NCBI GenBank assembly: GCA_043719825.1
Contig: JAYSTK010000171.1
Span: forward strand, 1-55,154
Source: Candidatus Kaiserbacteria bacterium
GTDB taxonomy: Bacteria; Patescibacteriota; Minisyncoccia; Phycocordibacterales; UBA918
Length of the DNA stretch: 55,154 nucleotides
Direction of reading: 5' to 3'
Numbering within the stretch: position 1 is the stretch's first letter; each line of letters begins with the position of its first letter. The notes below the pieces were generated by a model. The model had not been told where the DNA came from. It saw only the letters and a program-made list of their open reading frames with translations, and searched no databases. Positions 10,216 to 18,656 of this stretch are shown in pieces. The position numbers and the translations under genes are program-made.

Positions 10216-11250
10216 CTATGTGAAATTATAAAATTGGTGCGCGTTTTTATAGAAAATCATTTCTTTGATTTTCTCTTGCATGCTATTTGGGAATTCATCA
10301 ATTACTGATTTTAAAGCAAAAATAGATGACCAGTGTGTATGTACTAAATTCTTTGCTAAATGTCTAAAGTGCGTATGTTCATTATTATCCACCCAATGAT
10401 ATTTATATTCCGTTATAAGTCGTTGACCTTTAATTGGGTTAACATATGACCTTGCGCGTACAAGATTAAGTGGCTGGTCACTCCCAAACATAATTCTCTC
10501 TGGTCCAAAATATTTGAATGCTAATTTCAGTACTTCTCTTGAAGGGTTTAGTGACGTATCAAGAAAAATATTTGTACTTTGAGCAAGTTCTCTGTAAACC
10601 TCTTCAAGTTCTGGGATCAAAAATTTAGTTGAACCCAAATGTGGTACACAAATTTTCAGTTTTGGATATTTTTTCAATACATTTAGCAAGTCATTCTTGC
10701 ATTCTGTTATAACTTTCGGAAGGTGAACAATTGAAGGTATCCCCAGATCTTCAGCTACTTTTAATATTTCCTCAGGAAAAGTTTCATATATTGTTCTTGC
10801 AGTTTGCTCAGGGTAAAAATAATACATTTTTAGAGCATTTGGTTTGTAATATTTTAAAATTGAAATTGTATATTCAACGTCTTCTGGTAATCCAAAAATG
10901 GCAACACCGTCCTTACCACGACTTGTTTCAAGTAAGTATGCATTTGCAGATTTGTGATCAATACCATTAAAAACATTAGGAAATCTAAGCGCGGACACTT
11001 CACTTTTTGGATAGAGAAGTTGATTTATTTTTCGCGAGTCATCCACGGAATGATAAAAAAATGTCGAAATCATACTATTAAGTGATTTTTGCGAAACCTT
11101 ACCCACGTGACATAATAAATTACAATGTGCATGACAATCTATGATTTTTTCTGGAAACCAATCAGCGAGAGTTTTAATATTGGTTTTCTCTTCATTGTTA
11201 AACGTAAGAGCATACTCCAGGTATTTTTCGGTAATGTCTTTATAATCCAT
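10216..11250 (-). CDS. amidohydrolase_2-type metal-dependent hydrolase (TIM barrel)
   Basis: IDCHAHC near the N-terminus, then internal VHLP and PHLG, then FLDTS and FGSDQP near the C-terminus. This is the layout of the amidohydrolase_2 family (decarboxylase/lactonase type). Confidence 0.65.
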   Translation of the reverse strand: MDYKDITEKYLEYALTFNNEEKTNIKTLADWFPEKIIDCHAHCNLLCHVGKVSQKSLNSMISTFFYHSVDDSRKINQLLYPKSEVSALRFPNVFNGIDHKSANAYLLETSRGKDGVAIFGLPEDVEYTISILKYYKPNALKMYYFYPEQTARTIYETFPEEILKVAEDLGIPSIVHLPKVITECKNDLLNVLKKYPKLKICVPHLGSTKFLIPELEEVYRELAQSTNIFLDTSLNPSREVLKLAFKYFGPERIMFGSDQPLNLVRARSYVNPIKGQRLITEYKYHWVDNNEHTHFRHLAKNLVHTHWSSIFALKSVIDEFPNSMQEKIKEMIFYKNAHQFYNFT

Positions 11251-11252
11251 AT

Positions 11253-13247
11253 TTAAGGAATTAATCTCCTATATGTTCTTGGAAATGGGACTGCATCCTG
11301 AACCATTTCTTTATTTAGAATTTTTGCAATAAGCCGATCAATGCCAATACAAAAACCTCCATGTTGCACAGCCTTATCAACTATGGAAATATAAAATTCA
11401 TAGTCACTAATATTAATTCCTGATAGTGACATTGATTTCTGAATCTTTTGCCCATCAGTTTGTCGTATCGCACCACTTACCAATTCCCATCCACCGACAA
11501 TAACATCAAATGTTTCAGTTAATCCCCCAGGTTTATCCTTAGTGTAAAACTTCTTAATAGTGTCTGGGTAATCCTTAATGACAAAAATATCACTATCGTA
11601 TTCATTTTTAATAAGTTGTCCGAGTTTTGCTTCACTCACCAAGCCGAGATCATCACCTAATGTAACTGGGTTTCCATTTTTTCGAAGAAGCTCGATCGCT
11701 TCATGATACGTTAATACTGGAAGACTATCGATGTTCGGAAATGATAAACTATTTGAAAGTTTGAATGTCTGAACAATTTCAGTATTAGACATCATTATTA
11801 TAGTGCACGCTAAACGATAGAGCTCTTCTAGATTCTTTGGATTACTTAGTTCTATGTCTAATCCGAGAGACTCTTGTAAATGTCTGTATGATTCATTCTC
11901 TTCCTTCCTCCAAAATGGACCAATTTCGTATATTTTGTGCAATCCTGAAGCTACAAGTATTTGTTTATACATTTGATTTGATTGACGCAAGAATGCGGTC
12001 GTTCCATTTATCCAATCAACATTAATTGTCCCACCCTTATCAATCTTGGGAGGATCAGTAGATATGCCAACAATATAGGGTGTGGTGACCTCAATAAACT
12101 CTTTTTCTGATAAATAATTTCTTACATTACTTATCAGAAGTGCTCGTTGTCTTACAAGGTCCAGCTTTTGTTTATCGAGTTTTAATCCATGAGTTTTTTG
12201 TCGATGAATGTATAATTTCCCAACACTAGTATTAATGTTGTCAATGATTACATTAAGCTTTTTCTGTATTACTGTACGAACTTTATTAATTTCAACTCTA
12301 CGAATTCCCGTATTACTTTCTGCAATTTTTGATAGTTCTTTAATATCTACGAAGGTACCAAATTTTCTATCCAATAATGGCTGTGAAGCAAGATCAATCT
12401 TGTAGATATTTTCAGTGCTAGGTATTGAGCTAACTAAATCATTAATTAGTTTGTTAGTATCGTCATTGCTATCTACTGCAACAATAATACAGCCAACATT
12501 AGCTGGAATCATACTACTATCAAAAGGAAGATAGTGAGCGGTTTCGACATCAAGTTTTTCATTTTTAATAATGATCGGAGTACGGTTTACAATATATAAA
12601 GGAAGTGATAGTTCTTGATTTAATATCTTTGCAATAAGTTTGCCAGACTTCCCATAGCCAATCAAAAGAATGTTCTTGTTTTGTATAATATTTTGTGAAA
12701 CAAGTCCACATGCAATTCTTTCAAGTGAAATATTACCTTCAAAAATATGAGTCCTCAACTTACATTCACTCACCACACCTTTAATCCATTCTGCTAAAAG
12801 TCTAAAGAGTTCATTTGCATCTGTGGTATGAATTCCAGATAATAAAGCATCATTTATCTGACCAGCAACCTGAGAATCTCCAATTGTCACACTATGTAGC
12901 CCAACTGCACATTCGGCTAAAAAGTTTATTGCATCAACTCCATGAAAAATTCTTATGTCTCTGATTGTATTCAATATGCTTACTTCAACGCATTGATCCC
13001 ATGTTGAAAGTAATCTACCACGTAAATGGTCTAAAGAAATATCATCCTGATACGAAATAAGCACCATGATTGCATTGCATTTTTTTACAATTGCGAGTGA
13101 ATCGATTTCTATTCCAAGATTACTTCTAAATCTGGTTAAAGTTACAACGTCGTTTTTTAAGTCTGCATTTTTTAAATTGGTCAAAGCTCGATCATCGAGT
13201 CTCTGATAGTTTAATACAGCACAGACTATTTTGTGGTTTAGTTGCAT
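11253..13247 (-). CDS. fusion protein: glutamyl-tRNA reductase (HemA)-like N-terminal half plus class IIb aaRS (archaeal-type AspRS/AsnRS) catalytic core lacking an anticodon-binding domain
   Basis: N-terminal half: KKCNAIMVL (compare HemA STCNRTELY), FLAECAVGLHSVTIGDSQVAGQI (compare [23 protein letters not shown]), Rossmann LLIGYGKSGKLIAKIL, IVNRT. C-terminal half: FIEVTTPYIV, FLRQSNQMYKQ, FWRKEENESYRHLQESLGLDIEL (motif 2), GGWELVSGAIRQ, HGGFCIGIDRLIAKIL (motif 3), terminal FPRTYRRLIP. Confidence 0.75.
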   Translation of the reverse strand: MQLNHKIVCAVLNYQRLDDRALTNLKNADLKNDVVTLTRFRSNLGIEIDSLAIVKKCNAIMVLISYQDDISLDHLRGRLLSTWDQCVEVSILNTIRDIRIFHGVDAINFLAECAVGLHSVTIGDSQVAGQINDALLSGIHTTDANELFRLLAEWIKGVVSECKLRTHIFEGNISLERIACGLVSQNIIQNKNILLIGYGKSGKLIAKILNQELSLPLYIVNRTPIIIKNEKLDVETAHYLPFDSSMIPANVGCIIVAVDSNDDTNKLINDLVSSIPSTENIYKIDLASQPLLDRKFGTFVDIKELSKIAESNTGIRRVEINKVRTVIQKKLNVIIDNINTSVGKLYIHRQKTHGLKLDKQKLDLVRQRALLISNVRNYLSEKEFIEVTTPYIVGISTDPPKIDKGGTINVDWINGTTAFLRQSNQMYKQILVASGLHKIYEIGPFWRKEENESYRHLQESLGLDIELSNPKNLEELYRLACTIIMMSNTEIVQTFKLSNSLSFPNIDSLPVLTYHEAIELLRKNGNPVTLGDDLGLVSEAKLGQLIKNEYDSDIFVIKDYPDTIKKFYTKDKPGGLTETFDVIVGGWELVSGAIRQTDGQKIQKSMSLSGINISDYEFYISIVDKAVQHGGFCIGIDRLIAKILNKEMVQDAVPFPRTYRRLIP

Positions 13248-13256
13248 ACACTATAT

Positions 13257-14006
13257 TTATTTGTTTCTATAAATATGTTCAACTGTTGCTTGATGCAATG
13301 GTGTAACAGTAACTTCATTTATTTGCACATGTTCAGGTAGTTCTATTGTAAACTTTATGATATTAGCAATATCATTTGCAGATAAGGGCTTAATATCAGA
13401 GTATACAGAATTTGCTTTTTCTTTATTTCCAGCAAAGCGAATGTTGCTAAAGTTTGTCTCGACTAATCCTGGTTGAATATTTGTTATTTTAATTTTATTT
13501 TGTATGACCTCCTTTCGAAGCCCATCTGAAATAGACTTTACCGCCGCTTTTGTTGCTGAGTATACAATTCCTTTTGCGTATGTTGTAATCCCTGCAATTG
13601 AGCCAATATTGATAATATGGCCATCATTATTTTCTTTCATTTGCTTGAGGGCAAACTGAGTAACGCATAGCAATCCTTTAATGTTTGTATCAAGCATTCT
13701 TTCCCAGTCTGATATATGGCTATTTTCAAAATAATCAAGTCCGAGCGCAAGACCTGCTGAGTTTATTAGTACATTAGGGTAAATTCCTTGTGATGCAAGT
13801 GAATCAAACATTTGTTCAACTTGCGACACCTTTGTCACATCAACCTCAAATATTTGTATACTATCAACTTTATCAAGTTTATTTTTAATGTCTCTCAAGT
13901 CAGTTAGATTTCTCGAACAAAGTACTAATTTGTGTTCATCATATAATTTATGAGCACACGCAAGTCCAATTCCGCTACTAGCTCCTGTTATAAGTATCGT
14001 CTTCAT
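13257..14006 (-). CDS. short-chain dehydrogenase/reductase, YdfG / serine 3-dehydrogenase-like
   Basis: TGASSGIG, NSAG, GHIINIGSIAG, YSATKAA (YxxxK), QPGLVETNFSNIRF. Closely resembles E. coli YdfG from memory. Confidence 0.85.
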   Translation of the reverse strand: MKTILITGASSGIGLACAHKLYDEHKLVLCSRNLTDLRDIKNKLDKVDSIQIFEVDVTKVSQVEQMFDSLASQGIYPNVLINSAGLALGLDYFENSHISDWERMLDTNIKGLLCVTQFALKQMKENNDGHIINIGSIAGITTYAKGIVYSATKAAVKSISDGLRKEVIQNKIKITNIQPGLVETNFSNIRFAGNKEKANSVYSDIKPLSANDIANIIKFTIELPEHVQINEVTVTPLHQATVEHIYRNK

Positions 14007-14009
14007 ATG

Positions 14010-15398
14010 TTATTTTATACTAATTTTGAGTTCATTAAGTTGTTGAATAGTCACCTCAGATGGCGAATCCATCATTACGTCTCTTCCTTCACCTGTCTTA
14101 GCAAATGCAATTATTTCGCGAATATTTGGTTCATTTTGAAGAAGCATGACAAGACGATCAAACCCAAAGGCAAGTCCCCCATGTGGCGGTGTACCTGATG
14201 CAAGTGCCTTGAGCATGTGACCAAAATTATTCTCAATTCTTTCTGCAGAATATCCCATAACCTCAAACACTTTTTTAAGTGCCTCGGGATCATGATTACG
14301 AATCCCACCCCCACCAATTTCATAGCCGTTTAGAACTATGTCGTATTGGGATGCGATAATTTCATCAATATTCTCTTTTGCCATCAAGTCTTTGATGTAC
14401 TCAGGCTTCGGTGAAGAGAATGGATTGTGAGTAAATGTCCAGCCATCCTCATCAGTTCTTTCAAAGAAAGGAAAGTCGATAACCCAACAGAATGCTAGAA
14501 GATTTTTATTCTCCTTATCTTTACGTAGATCAGGCTTGTCGCTACCGTACGTTTCCATAGCATCTTCGTATGAGAGTCGGGGAAAAGGCACCTCCTGGAT
14601 TTCTTTTTCAGGATATAACGTTTCAACTAAATTAAGAATAAGTTTCTCATTGATGGACATGACATCTTCCTGTTCAACAAAGCTCATTTCCATGTCGATT
14701 TGTGTAAATTCAGGTTGACGATCTCCCCGCGTATCTTCATCTCTGAAGCATCTAGCAATTTGAAAATACTTTTCAAAACCTGCAGCCATAAGAAGCTGTT
14801 TATACTGCTGTGGTGACTGTGGAAGTGCATAAAATTTCCCCGTGAATACACGTGAAGGAATGATGTAGTCGCGGGAACCTTCAGGAGTAGACTTAGTCAT
14901 ATTTGGTGTTTCGATTTCAGTAAAACCTTCATGTGAATAGAATTCGCGGACTTTTTGTAATAACATGTGTCGACTATAAATATTTTTCTGCATTCGTTCA
15001 CGACGAAGATCTATGTATCGATAACGAAGACGAACCTCTTCATTTATCTCTTTTCCATCACCAGTAATATCAAAGGGTGGTGTATCAGCTTTGTTAAGAA
15101 CGTCTATTATTAAAATCTCCAATTCGATATCGCCATTTTGTTTATCCATTTGTATGGCTCGATCGGGCCGTTTATTCACCTTACCTGTTACCGCCACCAC
15201 CCACTCAGGTCGAAGTGTTGAACCGATTTCGTGCGCCTTTAATGCATTTGGTAATATCACTCCTTGAATTTTTCCTGACATATCTCGAAAATCTAAGAAT
15301 ATAAGTTTCCCTTGATCTCGACGTATATCAACCCAACCTTTAATGAGGACGGTTTCTTCGATGTGTTCTGAAAGTTTGTTTATAAGGATTCTTTCCAT
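14010..15398 (-). CDS. aspS: aspartyl-tRNA synthetase, bacterial type but without the GAD insertion domain
   Basis: QSPQQYKQLLM, motif 2 FRDEDTRGDRQPEFTQIDMEMSF, motif 3 GGLAFGFDRLVMLL. YGSDKPDLRKDKENKNLLAFCWVIDFPFFE shows the insertion is absent. The track ORF starts at a TTG (15419). I prefer the first ATG (MERILINKL, 15398). The start is uncertain. Confidence 0.9.
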   Translation of the reverse strand: MERILINKLSEHIEETVLIKGWVDIRRDQGKLIFLDFRDMSGKIQGVILPNALKAHEIGSTLRPEWVVAVTGKVNKRPDRAIQMDKQNGDIELEILIIDVLNKADTPPFDITGDGKEINEEVRLRYRYIDLRRERMQKNIYSRHMLLQKVREFYSHEGFTEIETPNMTKSTPEGSRDYIIPSRVFTGKFYALPQSPQQYKQLLMAAGFEKYFQIARCFRDEDTRGDRQPEFTQIDMEMSFVEQEDVMSINEKLILNLVETLYPEKEIQEVPFPRLSYEDAMETYGSDKPDLRKDKENKNLLAFCWVIDFPFFERTDEDGWTFTHNPFSSPKPEYIKDLMAKENIDEIIASQYDIVLNGYEIGGGGIRNHDPEALKKVFEVMGYSAERIENNFGHMLKALASGTPPHGGLAFGFDRLVMLLQNEPNIREIIAFAKTGEGRDVMMDSPSEVTIQQLNELKISIK

Positions 15399-15424
15399 AT
15401 GTATATATTGTATATGCAAGTAAA

Positions 15425-15610
15425 TGTAGAAACGAAAGTCGCCCCTACAGATACAGTAAGTGAATAAAAGTATCTGTAGGGGCGACTGTGTCGCGGTGCC
15501 ACCCTACTTCCCTGCCGTATTCGGCGCGGGCGCTTTAGTTCGCTCAGCTACGAGAACCGATCACAAAATGGTTTCGGTGGTTGTCAGCCACAGGAGCGAT
15601 ATACAAAGAT
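15425..15610 (-). promoter_or_regulatory. T-box riboswitch leader of the aspS operon (terminator/antiterminator type)
   Basis: The minus strand reads GUAGGGUGGCACCGCGAC (plus 15490-15507), matching the T-box core AGGGUGGNACCGCG. It is followed by an 18-bp terminator (plus 15437-15454 / 15470-15487) and UUUCGUUUC. A Stem III-like hairpin GCCG-AAUA-CGGC lies upstream. GAC followed by A sits in the loop GUGG-CUGACAA-CCAC (GAC = plus 15583-15585). Confidence 0.8.
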
Positions 15611-15683
15611 TCTATAAGGATTGTGAGGTTTGGTCAAATTGAAATACTTGACAGACCAATATTATTTGTATATAGTATCATCA

Positions 15684-15848
15684 CTTGACTGGATAGCTTT
15701 GATGTTCTCAACATCACTGCAAAGCCACAGGTTAGCATCAGGCACTGTACCCAAAGTTTGGTGCGAAATGGGTAGGCTTAGGAAGTGGTCGTCCGAAAGC
15801 TGACATAGACCAAGGTCCCATGCATGAGCATTGGGACCTTTCTTTTAC
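15684..15848 (+). ncRNA. orphan structured small RNA candidate (family not recognised)
   Basis: Promoter: TTGACA (15648-15653), 17-nt spacer, TATAGT (15671-15676). Terminator: 9-bp hairpin AAGGTCCCA/TGGGACCTT (15812-15840) followed by TCTTTT. Nested stems: GCTTTG...CAAAGC around GATGTT..AACATC, GTTAGC...GCTGAC, TACCCA...TGGGTA. Lies between aspS and trpS, on the opposite strand to both. Confidence 0.4.
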
Positions 15849-15849
15849 T

Positions 15850-16794
15850 TTAGAGTGAAATACCAACTTTTTGTCTAACTTCCTGCATCTTCTTTGAAGC
15901 GCGTTCGCGGGCGCGGGCGGCGCCATCCTGAAGAATAGCTTTCACGTCGTTGTCTGTGATCGCCGCGCGTGCTTCACGCATTGGACTCACGTATACATTA
16001 ATGTCCTCAATAAGAGCTTCTTTTAGATTCTTATATTTCCCTTTATTGGATTCATAAAGAAGTGAAAGTTCTGACTCAGATTTGAGGAGTTTGTGAATGG
16101 CGTACACATTTTCAGGTACGTCACTTCCTGAATTGGTCACAATACCCATAACCGCCTTTTGTATCTCCTCATGTGTTCCAAAAAGTGGAATGGTGTTCTT
16201 GTAGCTCTTCGACATTTTCTGTCCATCGGTGCCCGGAACTATACCTACCGCTGTAAGAATTTTTTCTTGAGGGGGTACAAATGTTTCACCAAAGGCATTA
16301 TTAAATTTTGTGGCAGCTTCGCGTGCATATTCGATGTGCTGACGTTGGTCCTCCCCCACCGGGACGACCTCCGTATCATAGAGTAAAATATCTGCTGCCA
16401 TGAGCATTGGGTAATTAAAAAGTCCTGCACTCGCTTCGACACCCTTTGCCGTTTTATCTTTGTACGCGTGTGCTTGCATAAGAAATGGAACAGTAACGAG
16501 ACATTCAAATATCCAGGCAAGTTCAGTATGTTCAGGCACATCTGATTGCTTGAAAATGATTGCTTCTTTTGGATCAACACCAACGGCAATGTAGTCTTTC
16601 ACGACATCTAGAATGTTTTGACGAAGAGCACTTGCATCACGAACCGTGGTGAGTGAGTGAAGGTCTGCAACCATAAGGTGGCTTTCGTAATCACGATAGA
16701 CATCAGTAAAAGGTTTTAGCACACCAAAATAGTTTCCGATATGGAGCACACCGGAGGATTGTAGACCAGTGAGAAGTCGTTTTTTATTACTCAT
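15850..16794 (-). CDS. trpS: tryptophanyl-tRNA synthetase
   Basis: GVLHIGNYFG (HIGH-type) and KMSKS. I set the start at MSNKKRLLTG (ATG 16792-16794) rather than the upstream in-frame codon of the track ORF. Confidence 0.93.
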   Translation of the reverse strand: MSNKKRLLTGLQSSGVLHIGNYFGVLKPFTDVYRDYESHLMVADLHSLTTVRDASALRQNILDVVKDYIAVGVDPKEAIIFKQSDVPEHTELAWIFECLVTVPFLMQAHAYKDKTAKGVEASAGLFNYPMLMAADILLYDTEVVPVGEDQRQHIEYAREAATKFNNAFGETFVPPQEKILTAVGIVPGTDGQKMSKSYKNTIPLFGTHEEIQKAVMGIVTNSGSDVPENVYAIHKLLKSESELSLLYESNKGKYKNLKEALIEDINVYVSPMREARAAITDNDVKAILQDGAARARERASKKMQEVRQKVGISL

Positions 16795-16926
16795 ACTATG
16801 AATACTAACAAAATCAGTAGTGTTTAGAAAGCACATTTTATAAATGGGTCAGACAACATAAATCACCTGACTTAATTGACAAAATGAATTATAAATGCAT
16901 AGTATATATCGGAACTGAACCTTGAA

Positions 16927-17505
16927 ATGGAGCACATAATGATCATTACTCTCACTGGACCTTCTGGTGTTGGTAAGGGTCACCTCACCGCACAGCTGCA
17001 ATCTGAGCTCGGAGCAAAGATTGTCCCCTGGACTACGACACGGCCAGCTCGCTCTGATGATGTTACGACCAACAACCGTCGTTTTGTCACCCGGGAGGAG
17101 TTTGATCTGATGCAGTCTGAGGGATTGCTTATCGGCGTCCAAAACCTGCATGGACACAAATACGGTCTGGAGCAAACGCTTCTCGGGATGACCGACAGAG
17201 AAGGAACATACATTTGCGAAATCAACAGCGCTAATGTCCTGACCCTCTTCCCTGTTATTTATCGACGTTTCAGCGTTGCTCTCGTCACCGATGATTTTCA
17301 ACTGTTGAAAGAGCGTATTCAGAAACGCGAACCCAATGTTGGGAATGTGGAACTGAGAGACCGTCTGGAAACAGCGGTCAAGGAGGTGGGACTTGTTCGC
17401 ACCAACGCATCATTGTTCCATCTACAAATCAACGTCGATATCTGCCACGCATCAGCAGTCGCGTCCATCGCGATTGAAGCCATCAGAAAAGGAGTAGGCT
17501 CATGA
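16927..17505 (+). CDS. guanylate kinase-like P-loop kinase
   Basis: P-loop GPSGVGKG, then TTTRPARSDD, FVTREEFDLM and HGHKYGL, in guanylate-kinase order. Visibly GC-richer than the surroundings. Its stop overlaps the next start (ATGA). Confidence 0.75.
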   Translation: MEHIMIITLTGPSGVGKGHLTAQLQSELGAKIVPWTTTRPARSDDVTTNNRRFVTREEFDLMQSEGLLIGVQNLHGHKYGLEQTLLGMTDREGTYICEINSANVLTLFPVIYRRFSVALVTDDFQLLKERIQKREPNVGNVELRDRLETAVKEVGLVRTNASLFHLQINVDICHASAVASIAIEAIRKGVGS

Positions 17506-18654
17506 ATATTCGGACAAAAGTCGGCTTGGTTGAACTGAACAGCCCGCTCCTTATCGGTTCAGGCTACATCACGGAGGATACTTCGTTCTATGCTCGCTCG
17601 GTCACTCGTGGCTGTGCTGGCATGGTTTCGAGGTCGCTCAAGCTGAACGTTCCCAAAGAACGTCAGCGCGTACCTGCACCTCGCTACGTCGTCACCAATG
17701 ACGGATCGATGCTCAACTGTGAGTGGGGCAATGAAAAACCGTGGACGGATTGGCGAGAAAAAGAGTTTCGTCTGGCCAAAGAGATTCGGGGTGCCATCAT
17801 CATCTCCATCAGTGGGCGTGATGTGGAAAGTTGCAAACAGCTAATCCACGAACTCGACCCGTTCGAACCAGATGCATACGAGGTGAACATCTCGTATGCA
17901 CACTCAGGTGAGCTTCACGGCAACCTGAATCTGGACATCGAACATCTCAGGTACGTCCTTCGCACCATTCGACCCCTGACAAAGAGGCCGATCTGGGTAA
18001 AGCTGTCCTACTCGTCAATCCTTCTGGACATGGCGGTGGCGGCTGAGCAAAATGGAGCTGACGCAATCGTGTGCACCAACTCGATCGGACCGGGACTATA
18101 TCTCGATCCAAAGACTGGTCGCCCGCTACTCGGAATCATGGGTGGAGCTGGTGGACTCACAGGTAGTGCGATCTTTCCGATTGCCCTCCAGTGTGTGTAC
18201 AAGCTATATACACCTGAGCATTCCCATCGTGGGTGTCGGCGGAATAAGCACTGCCGAACATGTGGTTCAGATGATGCTCGCTGGTGCAAGTGCGGTTCAA
18301 CTATACACCGCTCCTGCACTGCACGGTCCCCGTGTCTTTGAGGACATCACCAATGGCCTCGAAAGTTACCTTGCGGACCATGAAGTGTTCTCGAACTGCG
18401 CCGAGCTGGTCGGGTATTCACATACCCTGACCGAACAGCATGTGTTCGATGCGCCTCCCCCACTGGTGATTGCTGACAAATGCACAGGATGTCTCGAGTG
18501 TGCATCATCATGCGCATTTGAAGCCCTCAAGTTTGTCAGTCGAGGAGCAGACCAGCCGAAGCTCGTAGTCATCAAAGACAACTGCATCGGTTGCAACGCG
18601 TGCGTCGGCGTCTGTCCCCCAGAATTCGATGCATTTAAGATCCAAATGAGGTAA
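17502..18654 (+). pseudogene. PreA / dihydroorotate-dihydropyrimidine dehydrogenase-like flavoprotein with C-terminal 2x[4Fe-4S] domain, interrupted by a frameshift
   Basis: The frame-0 ORF (17502..18341) carries the TIM-barrel N-terminal part up to GGLTGSAIFPIALQCVYKLY. The frame+1 ORF (18052..18654) continues with IHLSIPIVGVGGISTAEHVVQMMLAGASAVQLYTA, then CTGCLECASSC and CIGCNACVGVCP. The frames join at the TATATA tract near 18207-18215. Confidence 0.75.
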
Positions 18655-18656
18655 CT

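Noticed and set aside
15699-15800. 33-aa ORF (MFSTSLQSHRLASG...) inside the second sRNA candidate
   Set aside because: It has no Shine-Dalgarno, and it lies within strongly paired segments. Treated as non-coding.
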